Shown piece by piece: positions 33,453 to 43,183 of a stretch of 64,000 nucleotides of DNA (position 1 is the first letter of the stretch; every line of letters begins with the position of its first letter). The notes below the pieces were generated by a model. The model did not search any database, was not told the origin of the DNA, and was given only the letters and a program-made list of their open reading frames with translations. Both the position numbers and the translations under genes were made by a program. This DNA is from Candidatus Poseidoniaceae archaeon (lineage in GTDB: Archaea > Thermoplasmatota > Poseidoniia > Poseidoniales > Poseidoniaceae): the NCBI GenBank assembly GCA_049606035.1, contig JBMYVD010000005.1, forward strand, positions 2,388 to 66,387. The letters are read 5' to 3'.

Positions 33453-35963
33453 ATGGGTGAACCGGAGAGGTCTGTTTCAAATCTCGGTTTGCCCGCTGAC
33501 TTCACAAATTTCATCAAACAAGATTGGGGTATCGATACATTGCATCCACCACAAGCAGATGCCATGCCTTCAATCCTTCAAGGAAAGAACACCATGGTGT
33601 GTATACCGACTGCTAGCGGAAAGAGTTTGGTAGCATATATGGGAATCGTCAACCAATTATTGAACGTTAATCCGGGTTCAAGAGGAATATACATAGTTCC
33701 ATTGAAGGCACTAGCAACAGAGAAATTGGAAGAACTAAAGCAACTTGGTGAAAGCCTTGGGCTAAAAATCGGATTGGGAATTGGAGACGCACCGAGTGAA
33801 TCCAGACAAATCGATGATTGTGATATTCTTGTATGCACTAGTGAAAAATTAGATTCTCTAATGCGTTCCAAGGCAGAAGTTTTGCGAAGGGTTTCCGTCG
33901 TTGTTGCAGATGAGTTCCATCTCCTAAACGACAGCCACAGAGGACCTACTATGGAAATTAATCTGGCTAGAATCAGGCACTTATTGCCAGATGCTCAAAT
34001 AATCACATTATCTGCTACGGTTGGGAACTCTCAAGATTTGGCAGATTGGCTCAATAGCGATTTGGTAGTTTCTGAATGGAGGCCAGTCAGTCTCGAGTAT
34101 GCTACACTGGCTGAATTGGATTTAGAGCCAAGGGCCATTCAAAAAAGTGAATTCTCATCAAGTTCAAACTTGGGGCCACCGAGGACTCTCAATGGTCCCA
34201 AATCACATATTGCTTGGGCTGCTTTGAGCGATGTGTACGAAGACGGTGGTCAGCTACTGGTGTTTGTATCCTCAAGAAGATCTGCCCAATCTGAAGCAAA
34301 GAAGTTAGGTCAACGCATGGAGAAGTATCTACAAAAAAACAATCCTGAAGTATTGCCGAAACTGAAAGACCTGTCTCAACGCTTAGCAAGGTCTTCTAAC
34401 TCAGCAATGGGTGATACACTAGCAGAGTGTGTGAAAGGTGGGGTCGCCTTCCATCATGCTGGTCTAATGCACGCTCAACGCACAGAAATCGAAAATGCGT
34501 TCAAAGAACGATTACTGTACTGTCTCAGCGCAACTCCTACCCTAGCAGCAGGAGTTAATCTCCCTGCTAGACGAGTACTTGTTAGAGATTTGAAACGGTT
34601 TGATGACGGCATGAGCCGGCTATTACCTGTAATGGAAGTTAAGCAGATGCTTGGAAGAGCCGGTCGTCCAAGATACGACCCAGTCGGTCAGGCTTGGTTA
34701 GCGTGCAAAGGTGGTGACCCAAGACAAATGGCCGACGAAATCGCAGACCGCTACATACACGGCCCAGTTGAAGATATCACTTCTAAATTAGCTGCAGAAC
34801 CTGCAATGCGTTTTCATCTTCTCTCGTCCATTGCTACAGGCGGACTCCAGACACGAAGGGCGATTGGTGAGTTCTTTGCTGGTACTTATCTTGGTCACAC
34901 TCAAACCAATTCATACCTCCAAGAAACAATCGACTCCATGCTTAGATGGTTGGTTGAAAAGAGGTTTATTCGAAGGACAAATATTGGGGTGGAAGAAGAA
35001 GACTGGGATGATGAATTACCTTCTTGGGTCGATGCTGCTCAATCAGCATCTGGGGTTACAATGGCCAAGAAGAAATCTATAGAGCCCGCAGAAGCAACCT
35101 TTGGATTTCAGAGAGCATCAAGAATTTCGGTTCAGACCTCGGATTCACTTGAAATCGAGGCAATGGACAATGAATACGAGGCAACTCCGATGGGTGAAAG
35201 GGTAGCTCAATTGTATATCGACCCACTCTCTGCCGACATATTGCTTGAAGGCTTGCGTCGAGCAGTTAGGAGAATTGTTCGTAACACACTTCCAGTGACC
35301 AGTTTCTCACTTTGTCATCTAGTCGCAGCAACTCCCGATTTTATTTCACTTTGGCCTAAATCAAAGGAACTTGAATTTGGAAGCGATTTGAGACAAAAAG
35401 CAGCAATTGTTGAGGATGAATTATTGATTGAAAGTCCGATTGATGAAAGGGCTATGGGAATGGTCAAGAGTGCTTGGTGTACGGAATTTTGGTACGAAGA
35501 GAAAGACTTGAGGGACATTGAAAAAGAATTGGGTGTAACTCCTGGTGATGTATATTCTCGAACAGATTTGATGGGATGGCTTTTACTTGCTGCTAGGGAA
35601 ATATTGCTTAGAGACGATGTATTTGCCGATGAACATCTAGGTTATGTTGCAGATTTGGCAGGATTACTTGAATTAACAAGGGCTAGAGTACGAGCAGGCT
35701 GCAAAGAGGATCTACTACAACTTGTACAGGTTAGAAACGTTGGAAGAAATAGAGCGAGAACCCTCTCGGAAATGGGAATTAGAACCCCTGCGGACTTACT
35801 TGCAATGTCTGGAAAGGAATTAGACAAACTAAAGTCGAAGCGCGGTTGGGGTCCAATCTTAGTAGAGAGAATACTCGATTCTGTGAAGAAAATTTCATCA
35901 AAACACGAAGCTAAGCAATCTCGAAGCGATGATGAACCTCTGCCTGGAGAGCGTCAGGGTTGA
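33453..35963 (+). CDS. hel308: Ski2-like DNA helicase Hel308
   Basis: Supporting motifs are PTASGKS (Walker A), VVADEFH (DExH), SATVGN, HHAGL, TPTLAAGVNLPA and GRAGRP, plus a C-terminal HhH-like domain. The ORF track start is TTG 33435, and the first ATG is at 33453. Confidence 0.9.
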   Translation: MGEPERSVSNLGLPADFTNFIKQDWGIDTLHPPQADAMPSILQGKNTMVCIPTASGKSLVAYMGIVNQLLNVNPGSRGIYIVPLKALATEKLEELKQLGESLGLKIGLGIGDAPSESRQIDDCDILVCTSEKLDSLMRSKAEVLRRVSVVVADEFHLLNDSHRGPTMEINLARIRHLLPDAQIITLSATVGNSQDLADWLNSDLVVSEWRPVSLEYATLAELDLEPRAIQKSEFSSSSNLGPPRTLNGPKSHIAWAALSDVYEDGGQLLVFVSSRRSAQSEAKKLGQRMEKYLQKNNPEVLPKLKDLSQRLARSSNSAMGDTLAECVKGGVAFHHAGLMHAQRTEIENAFKERLLYCLSATPTLAAGVNLPARRVLVRDLKRFDDGMSRLLPVMEVKQMLGRAGRPRYDPVGQAWLACKGGDPRQMADEIADRYIHGPVEDITSKLAAEPAMRFHLLSSIATGGLQTRRAIGEFFAGTYLGHTQTNSYLQETIDSMLRWLVEKRFIRRTNIGVEEEDWDDELPSWVDAAQSASGVTMAKKKSIEPAEATFGFQRASRISVQTSDSLEIEAMDNEYEATPMGERVAQLYIDPLSADILLEGLRRAVRRIVRNTLPVTSFSLCHLVAATPDFISLWPKSKELEFGSDLRQKAAIVEDELLIESPIDERAMGMVKSAWCTEFWYEEKDLRDIEKELGVTPGDVYSRTDLMGWLLLAAREILLRDDVFADEHLGYVADLAGLLELTRARVRAGCKEDLLQLVQVRNVGRNRARTLSEMGIRTPADLLAMSGKELDKLKSKRGWGPILVERILDSVKKISSKHEAKQSRSDDEPLPGERQG

Positions 35964-35987
35964 AATTGTGAATGCTTTCCGGCAATT

Positions 35988-36476
35988 GTGTCCCCGCCAG
36001 CATTTCCATGCAAGAGAGTAGTTCTTAGCGAGCCTTGCGTTGACCCAAGGGCGCTTGCTATGGCGTGGATAGAGAATAGAGAATCGGAGAATTGGGCGCT
36101 CATCAGCGGCACATGTCTTGCGAGTGATGTTCATGGCTGGGTCGCTCATGAAGTTCTGATGCGAAATAAAGAACGGGGTAAAATGAAATCAAATTCACTT
36201 GATGGTGAGTTTATCAGGCTACTATCAGGCACACATCATATTGCTACTAGTTTCAAAAGAGCAGGTCTGTGTGAAGGCGATGAAACAGCTTGGATAGTAG
36301 ATCTGTCATGCGAACAATCTGTAGAGAAGTTCACTCTACACGCTGAAAAGATGAACTTTGAAATCATTGATGAGCGACCAAATATGTCAATTTTTGATGC
36401 AGCAAGAATGGGTATTGAGGGAGATGCATCAGAGGATGCTGCAATTGGACATATCCACCTCTCTGATTTACGCTAG
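35988..36476 (+). CDS. Possible KEOPS subunit Cgi121
   Basis: The size (162 aa) fits, and the block SLDGEFIRLLSGTHHIATSFKRAGL resembles the Cgi121 core (S..MEIL.RASGQRQI..AI...G). The C-terminal IGHIHLSDL resembles the family C-terminus. This call is from memory only. Confidence 0.4.
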   Translation: MSPPAFPCKRVVLSEPCVDPRALAMAWIENRESENWALISGTCLASDVHGWVAHEVLMRNKERGKMKSNSLDGEFIRLLSGTHHIATSFKRAGLCEGDETAWIVDLSCEQSVEKFTLHAEKMNFEIIDERPNMSIFDAARMGIEGDASEDAAIGHIHLSDLR

Positions 36477-36487
36477 AACTCGTAAAT

Positions 36488-37957
36488 GTGAAAGAGCCCC
36501 GACTGCACCGGGTATCCATGGTGGTCGCAACTCGACAATCAGATTCGATGTTCTCTAGTGGGAGATTACTAGATGAAGACAAAATAAACAAGGCACTGAA
36601 CAATGCTTCAGAGTTAGGTGCAGAATATGCAGAGATAAGATTAGTCAGTCAAACCACCAACACGGCTTCTCTCAAAGATGGAAAACTGGAGCGTGCAATT
36701 CCCGGCCAAGAAATAGGCGTGACAATGAGGATACTTGCCGATGGTGCTTGGGGAGTACATTCAACTAGCGACATTTCATCAATTCCTGAGCAGGTTGGGC
36801 CAACACTAAGATTAGCAAAAGCTGTTGCTGCACGTCGCTCTTCATCACAACTTCCAGTTGGATTAGCAGAAGTTCCAATTATCGAGGACGTAACACACTG
36901 GAGAAGTGTGAAAGATGTACGTGATACGGATTTAGATACAAGAATCGAGATGATGCTGGCTATCGATAATGAAGCAAAAGACCATGAGCACATCGTATCC
37001 ACTTCTACTGGTTGGTCGGATGAACACATTCACACCGAATTGATGACTACTGAAGGAATGAACAGAGTTTGGTCTTTCCAAAGGAGCCTAATCAATGGCA
37101 TGGTCACAGCACGAGATGGCTCTGACGTTGTCTCCTATAGAATGAGGCATGGTGGCGAAGGCGGACTCGAAGTAATCGAGTCATGCGACCTTGGAGAAAT
37201 GGGTAGAAATGCAAGAATTTCAGCATTAAGGCTATTGAAGGCTGAAAGAGCCCCATCTGGCAAAATGCCGTTAGTAGCGGATAGAGATCTTACAGGAGTA
37301 TACATCCACGAAGCTTTGGGACATCCTTGTGAAGCCGACTTAGTAGCTGCTGGGGACTCATGTTTGGAGGGAAGACTTGGCCAAACAATCGGCTCAGAAA
37401 TCTGCACTGTCGTTGATGATCCAACTATGCGTGGAGGCTATGGGTGCTATCCTGTTGACGATGAGGGAGTTAACACAAGGCCGAAGAACCTAATTGTAAA
37501 TGGAGTACTAACCGAGTATCTCAATCACAGAGAGACCGCACACAGATACGATTTAGACCCTAATGGAGGAGCCAGAGCACAAGATGGATTACACCACCCG
37601 CTAGTAAGAATGTCCAACACTGTGATTCAAGGTGGGACTCACAAGGACCTTGATGAATTGATTGAAGATATCGAATTCGGAGTATATGCTTGTGGTAGTA
37701 GAGGCGGCCAGGTAGATACTGGTAGAGGCTCATTCCAATTCGCAGCACAAGAAGCATGGATTATTGAAAATGGTTCACTTTCACGTCCAGTGAAGGATGT
37801 CAGCGTTTCGGGAATGACCCTTGAAATTTTGAAGAATGTCGATGGCTTAACTCGAGACGCATTCCTTGGTGCACCAGGTTTCTGCGGTAAAGGCCAAACC
37901 GTTCCAGTCGGTGATGGCGGTCCGCTAATGAGAATTAGGGAAGCATTGGTGGGATGA
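36488..37957 (+). CDS. tldD: Metalloprotease TldD
   Basis: YIHEALGHPCEAD is the TldD HExxxH motif, with a GxC..GQ-type C-terminal block. The start is uncertain: GTG 36488, ATG 36518 or ATG 36548. Confidence 0.9.
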   Translation: MKEPRLHRVSMVVATRQSDSMFSSGRLLDEDKINKALNNASELGAEYAEIRLVSQTTNTASLKDGKLERAIPGQEIGVTMRILADGAWGVHSTSDISSIPEQVGPTLRLAKAVAARRSSSQLPVGLAEVPIIEDVTHWRSVKDVRDTDLDTRIEMMLAIDNEAKDHEHIVSTSTGWSDEHIHTELMTTEGMNRVWSFQRSLINGMVTARDGSDVVSYRMRHGGEGGLEVIESCDLGEMGRNARISALRLLKAERAPSGKMPLVADRDLTGVYIHEALGHPCEADLVAAGDSCLEGRLGQTIGSEICTVVDDPTMRGGYGCYPVDDEGVNTRPKNLIVNGVLTEYLNHRETAHRYDLDPNGGARAQDGLHHPLVRMSNTVIQGGTHKDLDELIEDIEFGVYACGSRGGQVDTGRGSFQFAAQEAWIIENGSLSRPVKDVSVSGMTLEILKNVDGLTRDAFLGAPGFCGKGQTVPVGDGGPLMRIREALVG

Positions 37958-37958
37958 T

Positions 37959-39359
37959 ATGATTCCAGATGATGCAGTTGAACGCTTGATGGATTCAGCG
38001 CTAGAGATAGGAAAAGCCTGTGATAGTGAAGGAATTTCTCAGTGGGAGATATTTGCTTCGCAAGGATATGGCCACTCTCTTGATATCGAAGCTGGTAAGA
38101 TTTCCATGGCTTCAGGCGGTGGCGAAGGTGGATTCGGAATTCGAATTGTAGAGGATGGAAGATATGGTTTTGCTCACTTGGTTGACCCTTCCTCAGCATC
38201 GCATGCAATAGGGCAAGCAATCAGCATTGCAAGGAAATCTCCTTCGATTGAAGGCTTTGAATTACCTGGTAATCATTCTGCTACAAGCGTTGGTGGAATG
38301 AAGGATAAAGCAATTCTAGACATGGGCCCAGAAGACCTCTTGGCACAAGGTGACCAGGTGCTTACTAGGGTCTCTGAACTAGATTCTAGGGCTGTTGCTG
38401 TGGGCGGTGGAGTAGGAGTAGGTGCTGGTGCAGGTGCTATTGTTACGAGTTCGGGAATCGAAGATGGAGGAGTCTACACTTCACATGGAATCGGGATTCA
38501 TGTTTCAATAGATGAGAATGACCAACTAACATCCTCATATGAAGGAGAATCATCCAGAACTCTTCTCAAAGATTTGACCGCATGTGTTGACAAAGCGGTT
38601 CACTGGTCCCAAATCACTCGTGAAAAGGTTTCAGGAAAAGGTACACAAGACTGTCCAGTGTTGATGACATCTGACGGTTTTTCTCCTCTATTCTCAGTAG
38701 TTGTCCCATCTGCAATCAAAGGAGAAAGACTTGCAAGGGGAGAGTCTTTCTGGTCTGGAAAAATGAACGAACTTGTGATTGCTGACCACCTTTCTCTAGT
38801 CGACGACGGCCTAATGGAAGGTGGAATGTCATCTGGTTCGAGGGATGATGAGGGTGTTCCAAGCAAAACTCAAACAATAGTTGATTCCGGTAGATTGACA
38901 GGTGAATTATGGTCTACGAGAGATGCTGCAAAACTAGTCTCTGAAGGGAAGGTGGATTCTGCGCACACAACAGGTTCCGCATCAAGGGGAGGTCACACAG
39001 CACCTCCAATTTGCGGATGTAGTGATCTGATTCTATCCTCGTCTGCAAAAACTCACTCAAGAGACCGTCTTGTCGAAGAGATGGAAGAAGGGTATGTTGT
39101 CCACAGCGTCATGGGCGCACATACTGCAAATCCAACTAGTGGGGACTTTTCTGTAACCACCTCTACGATTTTACGAGTCGAAGGTGGCGAGGTAATTGGA
39201 GCACTATCGCAAGCTGGCTTTTCCGGAAATATGGCTAAGGCGCTATCCGGTAGGGTTGTATTAGGTGATTCGTCAATACGCAAGGGTTCATACAGCACCG
39301 GCTCAATGCATGTACCTGATGTGCTAATGATGGACGGTTTGAGAATTAATCCTGCTTGA
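37959..39359 (+). CDS. pmbA: TldD partner PmbA/TldE
   Basis: This is a paralogous TldD/PmbA fold without the HExxxH motif. It starts 1 nt after the tldD stop, which is the usual tldD-pmbA pairing. Confidence 0.85.
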   Translation: MIPDDAVERLMDSALEIGKACDSEGISQWEIFASQGYGHSLDIEAGKISMASGGGEGGFGIRIVEDGRYGFAHLVDPSSASHAIGQAISIARKSPSIEGFELPGNHSATSVGGMKDKAILDMGPEDLLAQGDQVLTRVSELDSRAVAVGGGVGVGAGAGAIVTSSGIEDGGVYTSHGIGIHVSIDENDQLTSSYEGESSRTLLKDLTACVDKAVHWSQITREKVSGKGTQDCPVLMTSDGFSPLFSVVVPSAIKGERLARGESFWSGKMNELVIADHLSLVDDGLMEGGMSSGSRDDEGVPSKTQTIVDSGRLTGELWSTRDAAKLVSEGKVDSAHTTGSASRGGHTAPPICGCSDLILSSSAKTHSRDRLVEEMEEGYVVHSVMGAHTANPTSGDFSVTTSTILRVEGGEVIGALSQAGFSGNMAKALSGRVVLGDSSIRKGSYSTGSMHVPDVLMMDGLRINPA

Positions 39360-39488
39360 GTAGTTTACTTTCACTTTGATGAAAATCTTGCAGACATCTT
39401 CATGAACCTTCTCCATTAGACATCTAACTCCACGGAGGTGAAAGGGAGTGTCCAATAGATTCAACCAACCAGCACGAAAGCCCAACCA

Positions 39489-39527
39489 CCCGTCCTGCGA
39501 CGGGCCAGAAATCGAAACTGACCGTCG
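39489..39527 (+). other. Two mutually exclusive short hairpins in the rpa leader
   Basis: The first hairpin is CCCGTC-ctgc-GACGGG (39489-39504). The second is CGACGG (39498-39503) pairing with CCGTCG (39522-39527). The 3' arm of the second hairpin abuts the GAGGTG SD. Confidence 0.25.
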
Positions 39528-39538
39528 AGGTGCCACAC

Positions 39539-41236
39539 ATGTCTGATTATGATGCGCACGTGGCCGAGGTCATCAATCAGGTCCCTGAAGCAGATCCTGA
39601 AAAAGTCGCAGAGGCTTTTGCAAGATACGAGAAGGACTTCTTGATTCCTCCAGAGGATGCAATGAGGTCAGTATTGAGAAGATTTCAATCTGATACAGGT
39701 ACCCCTGCTCAGACTAATCAGCAATCCGGTGGTAGCCAAAGACAATCCCTGCCAATCAAGAAAGTAGAGAAGTTGTCAGACCTCTCAGGTGACGACAGAA
39801 ATGTCGAGATTGAAGTCGAAGTTGTTACTCATAACCCTCGCACAACAATTGTGAGAGGAGAAGAAAAAATTGTCCCATATGGTTTGATTGAAGACCAGCC
39901 ATGGTCAGAAGGCGGGGAAAGAACCAGATGGGAATACAAAGACTGGGGCAACAACCCAAACCTCGCCCCAGGCGCAGTAGTCAGACTAGAAGGAGTTTCT
40001 GTAAACGAGTATCAAGGCAAGATGTCCATAAACATCAACCAAGCAAGCAGAGTTGTAGTTTTACGCGAAGGGGTCAGAACGGTAACAACCCCTGGTGAAC
40101 CTGTTGAGATTTCTAGCATCAAATCTGAAGGTAACGTCACTGTAGTTGGTCGTTTACTTGCAAGCAGAAACGATGTAATACATCGCAGGGATGGCTCTGG
40201 TTCTATAGACGTTGTAAGGGGTAGAATTGCTGACGATACTGGCGCAATAGGTTTTCTCTCATGGGAATCTTTCGATCATGAGGTTGGCTCACTCCTAAAG
40301 ATAGAAAACGCTCAGGTAAACGTCTTCAGAGACACTCCGGAAATCAACATTGGTTCATCATCTAGAATCGAAATTTACCACGATTCGAATTTCGCATCGG
40401 CTGAAGAATTGGTGGCTAGATCTGTAAGTAAAATCGAGGACCTGAGAGACGGTTCGAGGGATGTAGAGATAGTGGTCGAAATCCAAAAAATGATTAGAAG
40501 AGATTTCCAAGGAAAGGATGGAGAATCTAAGAGCGTCTGGTCTGGAGATGTTGCTGACCCTACTGGTAAGTGCAGAACTTCGATGTGGGAAGAGCCACCA
40601 TTCGACTTCGAATCGACCCCAGTAATTGTAAGAATCAAAGGTGCTAGGGTTAGGGCATGGCAAGGTGTACCAGACATCACCGTAGACAACAACTCGCAGA
40701 TTGAAGTTCTCGCTGCTGCACCATGGGGCGAAGACATAGACCTTGCAAATAATTTCGTAAGCGTAGAATTGGATGAATTGGCCTCCGGTGCAAGTAGAGT
40801 TGGAATCTCAACACAAGGCACAATCGTGTCAATACGAGAGGATTCAGGAATCATATATCGATGTACTGAGTGTAGAAGAGTATTGAGAGAAGGAGAGTGT
40901 GCAACTCACGGGTCGCAGGAAGGAGATATGGATGTTAGGTTACGTTTAGTTCTTGACAATGGAAAATCTACGATTTCACTCATCGTTAACAAATCTGCAA
41001 CCGAATCATTGCTTGGAATGAGCCAGGCTGATATTTCATCAAACGTCTCAGAAAATGGTAGCATGCAATTCATTCAAGATTTGAGAGAAAGGCTCCTTGG
41101 AAGAGAATTACTTTCTAACGGCAGAACGATTGTAGACGAACAAGGAGCGATGCTACTTTCAGATGACGTTGAATTAATTGAGTCTGATTCTGTTCTTGCA
41201 GCCTCTGAATTGCGCTCAAAATGGGGGGTGGTTTGA
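39539..41236 (+). CDS. rpa: Replication protein A large subunit (multi-OB, Zn finger)
   Basis: Several OB-like repeats are present (VEIEVEVV..., VTVVGRLL..., VEIVVEIQ...). A CxxC-x8-CxxH zinc finger (CTECRRVLREGECATH) sits inside the last OB. I chose ATG 39539, 6 nt after a GAGGTG SD. The ORF track start is GTG 39530. Confidence 0.8.
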   Translation: MSDYDAHVAEVINQVPEADPEKVAEAFARYEKDFLIPPEDAMRSVLRRFQSDTGTPAQTNQQSGGSQRQSLPIKKVEKLSDLSGDDRNVEIEVEVVTHNPRTTIVRGEEKIVPYGLIEDQPWSEGGERTRWEYKDWGNNPNLAPGAVVRLEGVSVNEYQGKMSININQASRVVVLREGVRTVTTPGEPVEISSIKSEGNVTVVGRLLASRNDVIHRRDGSGSIDVVRGRIADDTGAIGFLSWESFDHEVGSLLKIENAQVNVFRDTPEINIGSSSRIEIYHDSNFASAEELVARSVSKIEDLRDGSRDVEIVVEIQKMIRRDFQGKDGESKSVWSGDVADPTGKCRTSMWEEPPFDFESTPVIVRIKGARVRAWQGVPDITVDNNSQIEVLAAAPWGEDIDLANNFVSVELDELASGASRVGISTQGTIVSIREDSGIIYRCTECRRVLREGECATHGSQEGDMDVRLRLVLDNGKSTISLIVNKSATESLLGMSQADISSNVSENGSMQFIQDLRERLLGRELLSNGRTIVDEQGAMLLSDDVELIESDSVLAASELRSKWGVV

Positions 41237-42187
41237 TTGCAGCCTGCTAGAAGAATTAGAAGACAACCAGCGTGGCCAATGCTAGCATCAGAGTTCAGTG
41301 ATTCAACACTTAACCAACAGGGTTCAGGAGAATTTGACCCGATGTTTATCATTACAAAACTCGGAGCTAAGGTCAACAGAGTTATTGTGGCTGGTATGCT
41401 TGAGAGATTAGACCCTCGAGAGACATCTAATGGCTCTACTTTGTGGCAAGGTCAACTAAGAGACCCTTCTGGTCTACACTTCTTCTCCGTTGGAGATTAC
41501 GCTCCAGAATCCATGAGAGAGCTGACAATACAACTGTCATCTAGAATTGAAGATGGAGAGTCAATAATGCTACTAATGACTGCGAAGGCTCGATATTTCC
41601 AAAATGAAGAGGGTGCAGTATACACCAGTTTACGCCCCGAAGAAGCAGCAATCGTTACACGAGAGGTTTACAGAAACTGGTTAGTCAGTGCGTGCAAAGG
41701 TATGCTAGAGAGAATGGACATGCAAGAAAAGGCGATTTCTCTCGAGAAAACAACCAATGCATTAGCAGCAGCAGGTGTCCCAGAAAACATGAGAGAAGGC
41801 TTACTATTGGCCGGTGAGCACTATGGTGAGATAGATACAGAACCATATCGTTTGAACATCATGAACGCTCTAGATATTGCCGAAGATAAGGTGCCGTCAT
41901 TCACTCCAAACAACCCACCCAAAACTCAGGCTAGTTTAGAGGTAGATGAACAGGAAAGCACTCAAGAAGAGGCACCAGAATCAGATGATCAAGTTGATCT
42001 TAACCAAGTTCTACTCGATTTAATTTCCAGATTAGACCAAGGCGAGGGAGTGGATTTCGACACACTACTCTCAAACGCCGCCGCTAGAGGTCACGATAGA
42101 GACGCATCCGAGGCGGCGCTGGATGACTTGACTGAGGATGGCTCTGTGCACGAACCAAGATTTGGTTGGTTTAAGATTACAAATTAA
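41237..42187 (+). CDS. RPA32 / RPA-associated protein (COG3390-type OB-fold partner)
   Basis: The N-terminal block ...ASEFSDS...PMFIITKLGAKVNRVIVAGMLE matches the COG3390 pattern. An acidic linker and a winged-helix-like C-terminus follow. The start is TTG directly after the rpa stop, and conserved N-terminal residues lie upstream of the first ATG. Confidence 0.6.
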   Translation: MQPARRIRRQPAWPMLASEFSDSTLNQQGSGEFDPMFIITKLGAKVNRVIVAGMLERLDPRETSNGSTLWQGQLRDPSGLHFFSVGDYAPESMRELTIQLSSRIEDGESIMLLMTAKARYFQNEEGAVYTSLRPEEAAIVTREVYRNWLVSACKGMLERMDMQEKAISLEKTTNALAAAGVPENMREGLLLAGEHYGEIDTEPYRLNIMNALDIAEDKVPSFTPNNPPKTQASLEVDEQESTQEEAPESDDQVDLNQVLLDLISRLDQGEGVDFDTLLSNAAARGHDRDASEAALDDLTEDGSVHEPRFGWFKITN

Positions 42188-42245
42188 TCTCGATTTCCAA
42201 CAGGTTCAAGTTCCATTCGCGTTCTCGCTTGGAATAGGTGAGCCC

Positions 42246-42599
42246 ATGGCAGGAACAGATTTCTTCATTCGACCGGCAAGTGGTACTTCAAGTTCTGATT
42301 GGTTGAGACTACCAAATGCAGACATCAGCGTCTCGATTTCCAGAAGAATCACTAGAACAGTTCTTCACGGCGGAGAAGGAGATGATTTGGTTGACGAAGG
42401 TGCCGAATCAGCGATTTATGTTGTAAAAGGAGAGATGGACTTTGAGGAATACAAGAAAATTCTGAAAATGTTCAGAAGCGGCCAACCTTACATTCACGAC
42501 CCATTTGAGGAAAGGGATGTCAAGTGCGTATTTGGAAAAATTGAGTACGACGGCTCGACTAAAATATACAACTTTGAATTAATTGAAGATATTAGGTGA
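42246..42599 (+). CDS. Small soluble protein, unknown function (117 aa)
   Basis: ATG 42246 lies a few nt after an AGGTGA SD. The ORF track start 42138 would overlap the previous gene by 50 nt. There is no TM helix. The sequence pattern is beta-rich with one central helix. Confidence 0.5.
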   Translation: MAGTDFFIRPASGTSSSDWLRLPNADISVSISRRITRTVLHGGEGDDLVDEGAESAIYVVKGEMDFEEYKKILKMFRSGQPYIHDPFEERDVKCVFGKIEYDGSTKIYNFELIEDIR

Positions 42600-42607
42600 G
42601 TGATTTA

Positions 42608-43180
42608 ATGCGTTCACTAGACGAATCCAGAGAAATTCTCTATGTGATTAGAACTTTAGATGTTCTAATGGGTTCCGGAGTCGGTCTTGAAGCTGCAATA
42701 CACTCAATCTCTCAGGGTGGTTACGGAATTATATCCAAGGATTTTGAAGGATTAATGGAGAACATCAACAAAGGTCGCCCATTAGAGAAAGAACTTCGCG
42801 CCCTGTTGAAGAAAGCAGAAACCGATGGTTACAAGCGTGTGATTAACACGATGCTGAACAACGTCACTCAGAACACTGACATTATCGAAACCTTGAGGAA
42901 GCAAGGAGAGAGAATGGAAGAGACTAGGACAGAGAGTGTCAAGGAGTATATTGAGGAATTGGGAGGTGTGCCAGAAACCCTCCTATCAATCGGTATGATA
43001 GGTCCAATTATTCTGTCCATTCTAGGTATTGCACCACAACTAATGGAGGATGCAGAAGAATTGTTTGGTCCAATGGACCAGGGCATGATTATGAGTATTG
43101 TCAACGTAGGTTTGTTCCTAACTTTGTTGGGAATGGCAATGATTGGTCTCAAGGCCCACACTAAGGACCCGGGGTTGTGA
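42608..43180 (+). CDS. Type IV filament platform protein, single T2SSF domain (TadB/FlaJ-N-like)
   Basis: A T2SSF-like cytoplasmic helical domain is present (LDVLMGSGVGLEAAI...NINKGRPLEKELRAL...), followed by two TM helices. ATG 42608 lies 7 nt after an AGGTGAG SD that spans the upstream stop. An alternative GTG 42596 would overlap that stop. Confidence 0.7.
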   Translation: MRSLDESREILYVIRTLDVLMGSGVGLEAAIHSISQGGYGIISKDFEGLMENINKGRPLEKELRALLKKAETDGYKRVINTMLNNVTQNTDIIETLRKQGERMEETRTESVKEYIEELGGVPETLLSIGMIGPIILSILGIAPQLMEDAEELFGPMDQGMIMSIVNVGLFLTLLGMAMIGLKAHTKDPGL

Positions 43181-43183
43181 TCT

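Noticed and set aside
33453-35963. Intein or mobile insertion in the longer-than-usual Hel308 (about 840 aa)
   Set aside because: The extra length is an acidic low-complexity insert (EEEDWDDELPSW...) and a C-terminal tail. No intein splicing blocks or homing-endonuclease motifs are visible.
37639-38220. 193-aa minus-strand ORF
   Set aside because: It is antisense across the tldD/pmbA junction, and both sense genes carry full-length family motifs.
39370-39520. Possible C/D-box sRNA in the rpa leader (TGATGA at about 39374, CTGA at about 39517)
   Set aside because: The boxes are about 140 nt apart, whereas archaeal C/D sRNAs are about 50-70 nt. There are no internal C'/D' boxes and no terminal stem.
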